DNA of 64,000 nt from Clostridia bacterium (GCA_030625885.1 DAOUPZ010000004.1:116623-180622); one strand, 5' to 3'. Shown: positions 20,950-31,883, numbered from the stretch's first letter. Numbers and translations are program-made. The notes: generated by a model not told the origin, from the letters alone.

Positions 20950-21209
20950 CCCATTTCCTCCCTTGTTTACGTATTATATAATAAATGTTATTCTTTCTAG
21001 CTATAATGGCAATCGTTTTTACCTATAGAGAACGCATTAAATATTTTTCATAGATTATAATATTAGGGGAAAGTTGGTTAGTTGGAAAGTTGGAAGTAAA
21101 AGATTAAAGTTCATGGCATATATTTATTGCGTTTCATATAGTAATATTATTATCATTTTTCTTTTCTGTTTTACTATTTTAATTTTGAATTAATAATTAT
21201 GAATTATTG

Positions 21210-21629
21210 TTATCTTCCTTGAATAACTGTTCGAAGCATTTGAAGATTTTTTGCCATCTGTTGAGATAAAGCATTATATGTCAAAGAATTCTCAGACAGC
21301 TCTGCCATTTCTGCATCAATATCCACGTTATTCAGATCATTACGAAAAGAAAGCTGATTCTCTTGTACGACTTTAGGATTAATACGATCGATCGTAGTAC
21401 CGCCCCCAAAAGGAATATGACCTCGATGCGTTATCATTGCCTTATGCCTGCTTCCTGTATCCAATGCATGTGATAATTCTTCCTCAAATATAACATCACT
21501 TCGCTTATATCCGGGTGTATTCACATTGGCAATATTATTTGCTAGAATATTATGGCGCAAAGTAGAAGCATCAAGAGCTTTTTCAACCATTTGAAAATAA
21601 GAGTTAGAAAAAATGCGCTCAAACATCAC
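21210..21629 (-). CDS. flgB: Flagellar basal-body rod protein FlgB
   Basis: LRHNILANNIANVNTPGYKRSDV rod motif; first gene of the fla cluster downstream of codY. Confidence 0.85.
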   Translation of the reverse strand: MMFERIFSNSYFQMVEKALDASTLRHNILANNIANVNTPGYKRSDVIFEEELSHALDTGSRHKAMITHRGHIPFGGGTTIDRINPKVVQENQLSFRNDLNNVDIDAEMAELSENSLTYNALSQQMAKNLQMLRTVIQGR

Positions 21630-21825
21630 TTTTTCTCCTTTCTTAGTAATTTAATGCAAAAATCAACAGATTTTATGATAAGTCATTCAATAATAATAGT
21701 ATATGCTGTAATAACTATATGGTTAATTGTGTATTATTTTAAAGAATAAGGAAAGTGTATATTTTATGTCTCCTTAACTTCTAGATATTACACTTAAATA
21801 CTGCAAATTCCTGCAAGAAAACAAA

Positions 21826-21851
21826 ACATTTGTCAACATTGTCAAATGTTT
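21826..21851 (-). promoter_or_regulatory. Tandem TTGACAA boxes upstream of flgB (candidate -35 elements or regulator site)
   Basis: Minus-strand reading gives TTGACAAtgTTGACAAatg about 200 nt upstream of the flgB start; no clean -10 partner found. Confidence 0.25.
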
Positions 21852-21902
21852 CTCAAAAGAGTTAGATGGTCATAATTCATTAGTTCTAAAGTCTTAGTTA
21901 AT

Positions 21903-21927
21903 GAAAAAACTCCCGAAGGAGTTTTTT
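21903..21927 (-). terminator. Hairpin plus T-run terminator after codY
   Basis: aaaaaactcccgaaggagttttttt is a perfect stem (aactccc/gggagtt) with flanking A/T runs immediately 3' of codY. Confidence 0.5.
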
Positions 21928-22715
21928 TAGTGTTTCAACTTATCTAATTCATCTATCAAACGCTCATTGAGAACATGAATATATGTGCCTTTCATTCCTA
22001 AAGAACGGGTTTCAATGACCCCGGCACTTTCAAATTTACGTAAAGCATTAACAATGACCGAACGCGTAATACCGACACGATCTGCAATTTTGCTGGCCAC
22101 TAGCAACCCTTCATTTCCTTCTAATTCATCAAAAATGTGTATAATAGCTTCTATTTCAGAGTATGAAAGTGTTCCAACCGCCACTTGAACCGCAGCTTTC
22201 TTTCGTGCTTCCTCTTCAATCTTAGAAGCTTCACAACGCAAAATTTCCATTCCAACAACAGTTGCACCATATTCCCCCAAAACCAAATCTTCATCTGTAA
22301 AATTCACATTAAATCGTGCTAATATTAATGTACCTAAGCGTCTTCCTGCACCGTTGATAGGAATAATGCATGTTAGTTTATTAACGAAAAAACATTTTTG
22401 TTCCTTTTTAAAAGCACACATTCCCTGACTTTCTGTATTATTCGCTTTAGTTTGTTTAAGACTCAAAAGCCACTCATTATATTCATCAGGAAAGTACGTT
22501 TTATTTAAAACATCATTTTTCATAATCTCACATTCAAAATCTTCTTTTAAAGTATATCCTAATATTTTTCCATCCTGATCAATAACATAAACATTTGCTT
22601 CAAGCAAGTTACTCAACACATTAGACATTTGATCAAAATCTACTAAACATGCTGCTGTTTTTTGTAAAAGTTGATTAATTTTTCGAGTTTTTTCCAATAA
22701 AGATAGCGGTGCCAT
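21927..22715 (-). CDS. codY: GTP-sensing pleiotropic transcriptional repressor CodY
   Basis: GAF-like N-terminus and C-terminal wHTH (ASKIADRVGITRSVIVNALRKFESAGVIETRSLGMKGTYI); directly upstream of the fla operon as in Bacillus. Confidence 0.9.
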   Translation of the reverse strand: MAPLSLLEKTRKINQLLQKTAACLVDFDQMSNVLSNLLEANVYVIDQDGKILGYTLKEDFECEIMKNDVLNKTYFPDEYNEWLLSLKQTKANNTESQGMCAFKKEQKCFFVNKLTCIIPINGAGRRLGTLILARFNVNFTDEDLVLGEYGATVVGMEILRCEASKIEEEARKKAAVQVAVGTLSYSEIEAIIHIFDELEGNEGLLVASKIADRVGITRSVIVNALRKFESAGVIETRSLGMKGTYIHVLNERLIDELDKLKH

Positions 22716-22783
22716 ACATTTCCCTCCTATGTACATCCCTATCTAAACACAAACGATTTAAGACACGAGATGTTACCGCGTAA

Positions 22784-24190
22784 TTACAAAATATATCGAC
22801 TTAAGTCTTGATTTTTAACAATATCCTTTAATTTTTCCCTTACATATCCTTGGTTAATCGTAATTTCTTGTCCCTCAATTTCCGAAGCTGCAAAAGAAAG
22901 ATCATCAAAGAGTTTTTCCATAATAGTATGCAGCCGACGTGCACCGATATTCTCCATTTGTATATTAACATCATATGCTATCTGAGACAATTCATCAATA
23001 GCTTCTTCCAAAAATATCACTTTAACACCTTCTGTCTCCATTAAAGCAATATACTGTTTTGTTAATGCATTGCGAGGCTCCATAAGAATCCTTTTAAAAT
23101 CTTCTTTACTCAAGCTTTCCAATTCTACCCGAATCGGAAAACGCCCTTGCAATTCTGGAATCAAATCGGAAGGTTTTGAAATATGAAACGCCCCCGCACC
23201 AATAAAAAGGATATAATCTGTCTTTACTGGGCCATATTTAGTGGTAATTGTTGAACCTTCAACAATCGGAAGTATATCACGTTGTACACCTTCACGCGAT
23301 ACATCCGGGCCCTTTCCACCATAGCTACCCGTGGCGATCTTATCAATTTCATCAAGAAAAACAATACCATCCTGCTCTACCTTCTCCAGCGCCTCTCCCA
23401 CAACTTCATCCATATCAATTAATTTCTCTGCCTCTTGCTGCAAGAGAATTTTCCGCGCATCTTTAATGGTCACTTTACGACGTTTGGTCTTTTTAGGGAA
23501 AAAATTTCCCAGCATATCCTGAACACCCATCCCAACCTCTTCAATACCCGAACCTGCAAACATATCAACCATGGGTGACTGTTGGCTTTCTACTTCGATC
23601 TCTACAGTACGGTCCTCAAGCTCCCCATCTTGGAGCTGCCGCCGCAATTCTTCCCGTGTCTGCTGGGCTTTAGAGACACGGCGTTTAAAATCTTCATCCT
23701 GATCCGGTTCTTCCTCCTGCATACCACCAAATAGCCCTTCCAAAATATTAGTATTCTTACGTCCTGCTTTATGAGGTAAGGGAAGTAACAATTCCAGAAA
23801 TCTCTCTTCCGTCATCACTTGAGCTCTTTCCGATACATCTTTCATTTTTCGATTTTTTACCATGCGGATCGCGATCTCCACTAAATCCCGAATAATCGCT
23901 TCCACATCTCTTCCCACATATCCTACTTCTGTAAATTTTGTCGCTTCAATTTTAATAAAGGGTGCATCTACTAACTTGGCTAAACGTCGTGCAATTTCTG
24001 TTTTTCCTACACCAGTTGGTCCAATCATTAATATGTTTTTAGGCATAATTTCATCTCTTAGTTCTGAAGATAACTGCTTACGCCGCAAACGATTTCTCAG
24101 GGCAATCGCAACAGACTTCTTGGCCTTCTCCTGACCAACAATATATTTATCTAATGCTTCCACAACCTGTCGTGGTGTCAGACCATCCAT
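22784..24190 (-). CDS. hslU: ATP-dependent protease ATPase subunit HslU
   Basis: [22 protein letters not shown] start; Walker [16 protein letters not shown]; I-domain; start placed at MDGLTPRQ. Confidence 0.9.
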   Translation of the reverse strand: MDGLTPRQVVEALDKYIVGQEKAKKSVAIALRNRLRRKQLSSELRDEIMPKNILMIGPTGVGKTEIARRLAKLVDAPFIKIEATKFTEVGYVGRDVEAIIRDLVEIAIRMVKNRKMKDVSERAQVMTEERFLELLLPLPHKAGRKNTNILEGLFGGMQEEEPDQDEDFKRRVSKAQQTREELRRQLQDGELEDRTVEIEVESQQSPMVDMFAGSGIEEVGMGVQDMLGNFFPKKTKRRKVTIKDARKILLQQEAEKLIDMDEVVGEALEKVEQDGIVFLDEIDKIATGSYGGKGPDVSREGVQRDILPIVEGSTITTKYGPVKTDYILFIGAGAFHISKPSDLIPELQGRFPIRVELESLSKEDFKRILMEPRNALTKQYIALMETEGVKVIFLEEAIDELSQIAYDVNIQMENIGARRLHTIMEKLFDDLSFAASEIEGQEITINQGYVREKLKDIVKNQDLSRYIL

Positions 24191-24201
24191 AACATGACCT
24201 C

Positions 24202-24741
24202 CTATAATTCTTCTACAGTAATCTGGTGATTCGTATAAACACAAATGGAAGCTGCTGTTTCCAGTGCTTCTCTAGCAATTTCAGTTGCAGGTAGATTGGA
24301 GAATTTCACCAAAACTCGCGCAGCTGCTAAAGCATACGCACCGCCTGAACCAATAGCCGTCACCCCATCATCAGGCTCAATGACCTCTCCATTTCCAGAG
24401 ATAATTAAAAGATTTTCAGTATCTGCTACAATTAATAATGCTTCTAGATTTTTTAATATTTTATCTGTACGCCATTCTTTAGCTAACTCTACTGCAGCCC
24501 GTTGCAAGTTTCCATTAAATTCTTCTAAACGACCTTCAAACTTTTCAAATAATGTAAAAGCATCTGCTACCGAACCAGCAAATCCAGCTAGAACACGGTC
24601 TCTATAAATGCGGCGTACTTTCCTAGCCCCGTGCTTTAAAATCATATTCTGCCCAAATGTGACTTGCCCATCCCCCGCTAAAGCAACTTTTCCATTATGA
24701 CGAACGGCAACAATCGTTGTTCCACGAAACAATCTTCTCAC
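24202..24741 (-). CDS. hslV: ATP-dependent protease subunit HslV
   Basis: [24 protein letters not shown]-terminal threonine-protease signature; 179 aa. Confidence 0.9.
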   Translation of the reverse strand: MRRLFRGTTIVAVRHNGKVALAGDGQVTFGQNMILKHGARKVRRIYRDRVLAGFAGSVADAFTLFEKFEGRLEEFNGNLQRAAVELAKEWRTDKILKNLEALLIVADTENLLIISGNGEVIEPDDGVTAIGSGGAYALAAARVLVKFSNLPATEIAREALETAASICVYTNHQITVEEL

Positions 24742-26072
24742 CTCAATTTCTGTTTAACCTGTTCAAGGCTCTCTAAACCGCGCTCAGATATTAGATTATA
24801 TTTTTCCCGTTTATTCTTAATTCTTTTTGGCCAAGGTGGTAATAATCCAAAATTAACATTCATAGGCTGAAATGATTTTGGCGGCGAAGTCGTAATATAA
24901 TGACATAATGCCCCATGCGCCGTTTCCTTGGGAAAAACAATCATTTCATCACCGCTAACCTGCAAAGCTGCATTTATACCTGATACTAACCCCATCGCAG
25001 CAGACTCCATATATCCTTCGACACCCGATATTTGTCCTGCAAAAAACAGTCCTTTAACTGCTTTCATTTCCAAAGTCGGCTCTAAAAGAGTAGGCGAATT
25101 AATATATGTATTACGATGCATCACGCCAAAACGCACAAACTCAGCATTTTCCAGTCCAGGAATCATCCTGAAAATTCGTTTTTGTTCACCCCATTTTAAA
25201 TGAGTTTGAAAACCTACCAGATTGTACAGGGACCCTTCTTTATTATCCTGACGCAGTTGAACCACTGCACAGGGCTGCTTCCCGTCCCTAGGATCTGTAA
25301 GACCTACTGGTTTCAAAGGGCCAAACGCTAATGTTTGTTCTCCTCTTCTAGCCATCTCTTCAATCGGCATACAACCTTCAAAATACTTTTCTTTTTCAAA
25401 TTCCTTAAGCGGCACCGTTTCCGCATTCACTAATTCCTGCCAAAAAGAATGATACTGTGCTTCACTCATAGGACAATTCAAATAATCGTTTTCTCCACGC
25501 CCATACCGAGATGCGGCAAAAGCTTTTTCCATATCAATGGAATCGTAGGTTACAATAGGTGCAGCCGCATCATAAAAATATAAATAATCTTGATGCGTCA
25601 ACTTCGCAATAGCTTCAGCAAAATCTTGAGAAGTTAATGGTCCAGTTGCAATAATCACAGGCCTTTCCAAAGGAATCGTTGTAATCTCTTCACAAATTAT
25701 ATTGATCCTAGGATGACTAACTAAACGCTGGGTCACCATCTGAGAAAAACCTTCTCGATCCACAGCCAACGCACCACCAGCTGGTACACGCGTCGCATCT
25801 GCACAAGCCATAATTAAGGAATCTAGTCTCCTCATTTCTTCCTTTAACAAACCTACTGCATTCGTCAATCCTTCTGCCCTTAAAGAGTTGCTGCACACTA
25901 GCTCAGCAAATTCCCCTGTATGATGAGCAGGCGTTTTTTTATGCGGACGCATTTCTATTAAATTGACATCGATTCCTCGCTGTGCTATCTGCCAAGCCGC
26001 TTCACTACCTGCCAGACCCGCCCCAATGACAGTTACTTTCTTTTCCAATTTTACATCAACCTTTCGTATCAT
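24738..26072 (-). CDS. trmFO: Methylenetetrahydrofolate--tRNA-(uracil-5-)-methyltransferase TrmFO
   Basis: FAD-binding [21 protein letters not shown] and full Gid/TrmFO-like length (444 aa); lies between topA and hslV as in Bacillus. Confidence 0.9.
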   Translation of the reverse strand: MIRKVDVKLEKKVTVIGAGLAGSEAAWQIAQRGIDVNLIEMRPHKKTPAHHTGEFAELVCSNSLRAEGLTNAVGLLKEEMRRLDSLIMACADATRVPAGGALAVDREGFSQMVTQRLVSHPRINIICEEITTIPLERPVIIATGPLTSQDFAEAIAKLTHQDYLYFYDAAAPIVTYDSIDMEKAFAASRYGRGENDYLNCPMSEAQYHSFWQELVNAETVPLKEFEKEKYFEGCMPIEEMARRGEQTLAFGPLKPVGLTDPRDGKQPCAVVQLRQDNKEGSLYNLVGFQTHLKWGEQKRIFRMIPGLENAEFVRFGVMHRNTYINSPTLLEPTLEMKAVKGLFFAGQISGVEGYMESAAMGLVSGINAALQVSGDEMIVFPKETAHGALCHYITTSPPKSFQPMNVNFGLLPPWPKRIKNKREKYNLISERGLESLEQVKQKLR

Positions 26073-26089
26073 ATGCCTCTATAGTCTTA

Positions 26090-26266
26090 TCTTTTTCTTT
26101 TATTCTTTTATTCTTTAATCTTCATCTTTTATCTTTAAGCTTTAAGCCTTTAGCCTTCAGCCAATCTTATTATCTTTTTCTTCCCTTTATCCTTTGTCGT
26201 TCAGCGACCAAAGGAAGCGATCGTTCCTCGTTCAGCGAACGCAGAGAGCGATCTTCCCTCTATCTT
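26090..26266. repeat. Intergenic repeat element (tatcttttatctttaagctttaagcctttagccttcagcc + ttcagcga direct-repeat core)
   Basis: ~70-nt core cgttcagcgaccaaaggaagcgatcgttcctcgttcagcgaacgcagagagcgatcttccctct is ~90% identical to 60398-60465; a degenerate copy lies at 51860-51895. Confidence 0.7.
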
Positions 26267-28357
26267 TTACCCCTTATCTGCAACTTCCTCATAATCACAT
26301 TCTTCCCGCACACATTTATAAATCTTACCACTTTTTTTAGAACCTTTTTCAACTAAAAATGCATTACACTTGGGACATTTTTTATGAACGGGCCGATCCC
26401 AAGTCACAAAATCACATGCAGGATATTCACTGCAGCCATAAAAATTTCGCCCTTTTTTAGTTTTCCTTTCTACTATAACCCCTTTACAATCTGGTTTGGG
26501 ACATGCCACACCCATTTCCTTTAACAGAGGTCGCGTGTTCCGGCATTCAGGAAACCCGGGACATGCTAAAAATTTCCCAAAACGCCCCCGCTTAATAACC
26601 ATATTCCGGCCGCATTTTTCGCATATTTCATCTGTCTCTTCATCTTTAATCTCAATTTCACCAATTTCTTCATCTGCTTTTTCTAACCATTTGGAAAAAG
26701 GTTCATAGAATTCCTGTAATACCTTATGCCAATCCATTTCTCCCACGGCAATTTTATCAAGTTGCGCCTCCATGTCAGCTGTAAACTCCATATCAAGAAT
26801 ATCCCGAAAGTATTCCTTTAATAAATCAACGACGAGAAAACCCAACTCAGTCGGTATAAAATACCGATTTTCCTTCGTAGCGTACCCTCTCTGCTGAATT
26901 GTACCAATAATCGGTGCATAGGTACTGGGGCGTCCCACCCCATTTTCTTCAAGCACTTTTATAAGAGAAGCTTCCGTATACCTCGCTGGCGGTTGTGTAA
27001 AATGCTGTTTAGGTTCTAAACTTAAACATTTCAAGTTTTGCCCCTCAGTAAGTTCAGGTAATAGCCTTTCTTCTTCTTTTAGCACCTTGGTTTTATTTAA
27101 TATTAGAAAACCAGGAAAAGCAACAGTAGAACCGTTCGCTTTAAATAAGTAATTTTTTGCCCCGATCTCCACAGTTAAGGTATCCATTACTGCCGCTGCC
27201 ATTTGACTGGCAACAAACCGATTCCAAATCAGCTCATATAAACGATATTGATCCTTACTTAAAAATTCTTTAATGTCGGAAGGCTTGCGCCATACAGATG
27301 TAGGACGTATCGCCTCATGCGCATCCTGTGCGCCCTTTTTCTCTTTATAAGTCCAAGGCTTCTCTGGTGCGTAATTTTTTCCCCATTCCTGTATAATAAA
27401 CGTTTTAGCCGATTCTTGAGCCTGAGTAGCAATACGCGTAGAATCTGTACGAATATACGTAATGAGACCTACTGTACCCCCTTCTCCAATATCTATCCCC
27501 TCATAAAGTTGCTGTGCAATCATCATCGTTTTCCGGGCAGTAAATCTTAAAGTACCCGCCGCTTCCTGTTGAAGACTACTGGTAATCAAAGGCGGATAAG
27601 GTTTGCGATTACGTTGTTTTTTATGTATATGATCAACCCTATAAATGGCATCCTGAAGTTCAGCAAGAATCTTCTCACTCTCAGCACGTTGATGAATCTC
27701 TAGTTTTTTCCCATCTCTTTTAACCAGCTTTGCTTCGAATTTATTCTTTATCTTATCAGGTGTCAATATACCAGTAATAGACCAATACTCTTCTGGTACA
27801 AAAGCTTCAATTTCCCGTTCGCGATCACATATTAAACGAACAGCAAGAGATTGGACACGGCCAGCACTTAGACCCTTTGTTATTTTCCGCCATAACAAAG
27901 GGCTCAAATTGTAACCGACTAGGCGATCCAGAATACGACGAGCCTGCTGAGCATTTACTAAATCTAAATTAATAGGACGTGCCTGTTTTAAAGCACCCGT
28001 TACAGCTTCTTTTGTTATTTCATTAAAAGCAATACGACAATACTCTTTTTCATCAACACCCAACAAATGAGCTAAATGCCATGAAATAGCTTCACCCTCC
28101 CTGTCAGGGTCAGCAGCCAATAAAATACGATCAGCTTTTTTGGCCAAACTCCGTAATTCACTAAGTACGGGACCCTTACCACGAATCGTTATATATTTAG
28201 GCTCAAAATCATGTTCTGTATCTACTCCCAATTGACTTTTTGGGAGATCACGAACATGACCCATAGAAGCTTTTACTGTATACTTGCGTCCTAAAAATTT
28301 CCCTATTGTTTTTGCTTTAGCTGGTGATTCTACAATTACTAAAAATTTATTAGCCAA
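26267..28357 (-). CDS. topA: DNA topoisomerase I
   Basis: Toprim LVIVESPAKAKTIGKFLG; catalytic domains; C-terminal tandem CxxC zinc ribbons; likely TTG start (M)ANKFLVIVESPAKAK preceded by a GGGGGG RBS rather than the longer upstream TTG. Confidence 0.9.
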   Translation of the reverse strand: MANKFLVIVESPAKAKTIGKFLGRKYTVKASMGHVRDLPKSQLGVDTEHDFEPKYITIRGKGPVLSELRSLAKKADRILLAADPDREGEAISWHLAHLLGVDEKEYCRIAFNEITKEAVTGALKQARPINLDLVNAQQARRILDRLVGYNLSPLLWRKITKGLSAGRVQSLAVRLICDREREIEAFVPEEYWSITGILTPDKIKNKFEAKLVKRDGKKLEIHQRAESEKILAELQDAIYRVDHIHKKQRNRKPYPPLITSSLQQEAAGTLRFTARKTMMIAQQLYEGIDIGEGGTVGLITYIRTDSTRIATQAQESAKTFIIQEWGKNYAPEKPWTYKEKKGAQDAHEAIRPTSVWRKPSDIKEFLSKDQYRLYELIWNRFVASQMAAAVMDTLTVEIGAKNYLFKANGSTVAFPGFLILNKTKVLKEEERLLPELTEGQNLKCLSLEPKQHFTQPPARYTEASLIKVLEENGVGRPSTYAPIIGTIQQRGYATKENRYFIPTELGFLVVDLLKEYFRDILDMEFTADMEAQLDKIAVGEMDWHKVLQEFYEPFSKWLEKADEEIGEIEIKDEETDEICEKCGRNMVIKRGRFGKFLACPGFPECRNTRPLLKEMGVACPKPDCKGVIVERKTKKGRNFYGCSEYPACDFVTWDRPVHKKCPKCNAFLVEKGSKKSGKIYKCVREECDYEEVADKG

Positions 28358-28573
28358 AACAGTACCCCCCGTTGCAACATATATGTTCAAAAAAAATCAA
28401 ATATTCATTTTCTCTAATCTTTTATTAGATGAATCTTCTTTTGCCAAATATTTAGTTAACTTTAAATTCTGATATCTATATCATATGCATATGCCTTAAT
28501 TTGGCTATTATTGTTGTTATTATGCATCTTTTTTTCTTTACTTTCTTATGTACGCCTTATTTATCACATGATG

Positions 28574-29821
28574 CTACTTTCCCTTCAGATATAACCTTAA
28601 CATATTGAGCGCATATTGCTTGGCATCATTTTTAATTTGAAGTCGATCTCCAAACAATTTAAATTCCTCACAAATAACATCCCTGTCATAAGCCAATGCA
28701 ACATAGGTTAACCCAACAGGTTTTCCAGATGCGCTGCCGCCTGTACCGCTAATACTTGTAACCGCTACCCCTAAGTCCGATTTCATAACATTGGCAACAC
28801 CACAAGCCATTGCTTTAGCGCAAGCCGCACTAACAGCCCCCTGCTCAACAAAAATTTTATCAGAAACGCCCAAACAAGATTGCTTCACATCATTACTATA
28901 ACTTACAATACCCCCCATAAAATAAGCAGAACTTCCTGGAACATCTGTCAGCGCACTTGCTAATAAACCATCAGAACCTGCTTCGGCAACAGCAATTTTT
29001 AATCTTTTTACCCGCAGCATTTCTCCTACTACTTTTTGCAAGGTATCTTTATCTTCTCCAAAAACATACGGACCTAAACTTCTTTTGATTTTTTCTGTCC
29101 ATAATATCAACTTCTCCTGTACATCCCCCTCATGATCCCCTTTAGCTGTTAACCGTAAATTGACCAAAGGACCATAAGGCAAAAAAGCAATAGATGGGTT
29201 AGTAGGAAAAGACATTGATTCCAACATCATATTTTCTAATACCTTTTCTCCCGTCCCAAAACACCATATATCCTTTACTTTAATACTTTTCAAACACGCC
29301 CTATATTGATCCATTAAAAATGGTACGACTTTCTCTGCCACCAAAGACTCCAATTCTTGCGGTGGGCCTGGCAGGGAAATAATTAATGTATTCTCATATT
29401 CTATCACCATAGCAGGGGCTGTGCCAACCCTATTTTTCAAAACAATCGCTCCCTGAGGTATAAAAGAAAAACTTTCCAACTGTTTGCTGCAAATTTTTCT
29501 ATTCCTTTCTTTAAAATATTCTTGTAACCATTGCAGTACTTCTGGATAAATTTCCAGCTCAAGTTGTAGCGTTTCCGCAATTGCCTTTTTCGTAATATCA
29601 TCAGAAGTAGCGCCTAACCCTCCCGTTGTAAAAACAATGTCGCAGCGTTTTATGGCAATTTGTAATGCAGAAGCAATATCCGCTTCAATGTCAGCTACTG
29701 TTGTTTTGTAGCCCACAGCAATACCCAACATTTCACATTGCCTCGCAATAAACGGCCCATTTGTGTCAACATTGCGCCCAGATAAAATCTCTCCTCCAAT
29801 CGTAATAATCTCTGCTTTCAA
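28574..29821 (-). CDS. cinA: Competence/damage-inducible protein CinA (MocF-like N domain + CinA C domain)
   Basis: MKAEIITIGGEILSGRNVDTNGPFIA N-terminal MoCF-biosynthesis fold and C-terminal CinA domain; 415 aa. Confidence 0.85.
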   Translation of the reverse strand: MKAEIITIGGEILSGRNVDTNGPFIARQCEMLGIAVGYKTTVADIEADIASALQIAIKRCDIVFTTGGLGATSDDITKKAIAETLQLELEIYPEVLQWLQEYFKERNRKICSKQLESFSFIPQGAIVLKNRVGTAPAMVIEYENTLIISLPGPPQELESLVAEKVVPFLMDQYRACLKSIKVKDIWCFGTGEKVLENMMLESMSFPTNPSIAFLPYGPLVNLRLTAKGDHEGDVQEKLILWTEKIKRSLGPYVFGEDKDTLQKVVGEMLRVKRLKIAVAEAGSDGLLASALTDVPGSSAYFMGGIVSYSNDVKQSCLGVSDKIFVEQGAVSAACAKAMACGVANVMKSDLGVAVTSISGTGGSASGKPVGLTYVALAYDRDVICEEFKLFGDRLQIKNDAKQYALNMLRLYLKGK

Positions 29822-30273
29822 ATTTCATCACTCCATTTCACCAAAAATTGCTGGAGCATTTCTATTGCAGCCAGTGCTGCTTGATGTTTAATATCCAAAC
29901 GTCCTCCCTTAAAAAAATGCCGAACACAAAACGTACCCTTAGGAGAAGATAATCCAATATATACTAAACCCACTGGCTTTCCAGGTTCTCCTTGAGGACC
30001 TGCTAATCCTGTAGTCGAAATGCCAATATCGGCCTCCGCCCACTTTCGAACACCTTGAGCCATTCCAATAGCCGTTTGCGGGCTCACAGGCCCCACCGTA
30101 TTTAATATGCCTTTTGAAACACCTAATATTTTGTTTTTTGCTTCATTGCTGTAGGTCACAACGCCTTGTTTAAAATAATCGGAACTGCCATCCACGTCCG
30201 TCAAGAAGCAAGATACCAATCCTCCTGTACACGATTCTGTCGCAGTAACGGTCAGTTTTCTATCTTTTAACAT
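29818..30273 (-). CDS. Standalone CinA C-terminal domain protein (PncC-like NMN deamidase family)
   Basis: LTVTATESCTGGLVSCFLTDVDGSSDYFKQGVVTYSNEAKNKILGV matches the CinA-C/PncC core; start set at the internal ATG with GGAG RBS (alternative GTG start at 30375). Confidence 0.65.
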   Translation of the reverse strand: MLKDRKLTVTATESCTGGLVSCFLTDVDGSSDYFKQGVVTYSNEAKNKILGVSKGILNTVGPVSPQTAIGMAQGVRKWAEADIGISTTGLAGPQGEPGKPVGLVYIGLSSPKGTFCVRHFFKGGRLDIKHQAALAAIEMLQQFLVKWSDEI

Positions 30274-30380
30274 ACACCCTACTCCATTTTTTAATTCATT
30301 TTCCTGTTTCAACCCAATCCCCCCTAAAAAAATAGTGATGGATATGAAATCCATCACTATTTTACCCCTAAGCACTCTAT

Positions 30381-31883
30381 TTAAACAACCTTTTTATTCA
30401 CTTCATTTTGTTGCTGCACCATTTCACGCAAACTTAGGCCGGAAATTTTCTCATCTTCAAGTAGTTTCTGAACCAATACTTCAATTAAATCTTTATTTTC
30501 CTCAATAAAAACCCACACCTTCTCCTTCTGTTGTTGTAAGATTTCCCCGGTTGCTTTATGCAATAAAGAGGCAGGTAAATGGTCTAAAGAAACAATACCT
30601 AAACTCGACATCCCTGATCCAATCATACGTCTTGCACATCTTAAGGCTTGTTCAAAATCATTGCCTGCACCTGTACTAGAACTCTTTAAAATAATCTGTT
30701 CGGCAACAGCACCCGCAAGGAAAATGCGAATTTGTCCTTCAAGATATTGCTGGGTATGCAAATAAAAATCATCTTCAGGCGTTTGCCTCATATAACCTAA
30801 GGCATTTCCCCGAGATGTAACCGTCACCGCCGAAACTGATCCGGGGCGAATCCACTCACTCACAAAACCATGCCCTAATTCATGAACAGCAATCCGTTCC
30901 ATTTCATGCTCAGGCGGTCTACGCAATAATTTTTCCCCCATCATTACTTTCTCTAATGCTTCTTCAAAATGATCATAATTTACCTGGTTTTCGCTCTGGC
31001 GCAGTGCAAATATAGCGGCCTCGTTTACGAGACTTTCCAAATGAGCACCAGAGAATCCGTAAGTGTCCTGTGCAATCTGCTCCAATGTCACATCACTGTT
31101 CAAGGGCTTATTCTTCGTATGGATGGTTAAAATTTTCAGCCGTGCTTCTTTGTCGGGTAAGTCTACCTTAATGACTCGGTCAAAACGCCCGGGACGCATT
31201 AAAGCATCATCCAGAAGGTCTACACGATTGGTCGCTCCCATGAGGAGTATGCGTATACCTTCATCTGTTTTTAATCCGTCCATTTCCACCAGTAATTGAT
31301 TGAGCGTTTGATCGTATTCCAAATGGCTGGTATGTTGTCCTCTTTTCCCACCTAAAACTTCAATTTCATCAATAAAGATAATCGCCCATGTTTTATTTTG
31401 TTTCTCAGCGGCTTGACGAGCCTTCGCAAAAAGTTTACGAATACGTTGCGCCCCTACACCAGCGTACATTTCAATGAATTCACTTCCAGAAGCAGAGACA
31501 AATGATGCTTGAGTATAAGCCGCCGCCGCTTTTGCCAAAAGTGTTTTTCCTGTTCCAGGAGGACCTGTCAATAAGATACCTTTCAAAGGCCGGATGCCCA
31601 ACTTGCAAGCGGCTTCTTCTTTTTTTAAGAAATCTAAAGCCTCCTTTAATTCCCTTTTAGCCACTTCCTGTCCCCCAATGTCATCAAAAGAGATTTGTGA
31701 AAGCTGTGTATGATGACCTGCTTGAGTCAAATGACCTGAAGGTACTTTTGCCCTGCTCAGTTTATAAAACATAAGGGCAGCACCGCCTATAAATAGGAAT
31801 GGAAGTACATTCAAGCCTATAACTGCCATAAAAACAAGTACACCTAAACTACTCCCAATCGTTATTTCCTGCCATATTTTCAT
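30381..31883 (-). CDS. Short FtsH-like AAA+ ATPase / M41 zinc metalloprotease (500 aa, two N-terminal TM)
   Basis: Walker A GPPGTGKTLLAKAAA, second region of homology, and HELGH zinc-binding motif; lacks the long periplasmic domain of canonical FtsH. Confidence 0.75.
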   Translation of the reverse strand: MKIWQEITIGSSLGVLVFMAVIGLNVLPFLFIGGAALMFYKLSRAKVPSGHLTQAGHHTQLSQISFDDIGGQEVAKRELKEALDFLKKEEAACKLGIRPLKGILLTGPPGTGKTLLAKAAAAYTQASFVSASGSEFIEMYAGVGAQRIRKLFAKARQAAEKQNKTWAIIFIDEIEVLGGKRGQHTSHLEYDQTLNQLLVEMDGLKTDEGIRILLMGATNRVDLLDDALMRPGRFDRVIKVDLPDKEARLKILTIHTKNKPLNSDVTLEQIAQDTYGFSGAHLESLVNEAAIFALRQSENQVNYDHFEEALEKVMMGEKLLRRPPEHEMERIAVHELGHGFVSEWIRPGSVSAVTVTSRGNALGYMRQTPEDDFYLHTQQYLEGQIRIFLAGAVAEQIILKSSSTGAGNDFEQALRCARRMIGSGMSSLGIVSLDHLPASLLHKATGEILQQQKEKVWVFIEENKDLIEVLVQKLLEDEKISGLSLREMVQQQNEVNKKVV

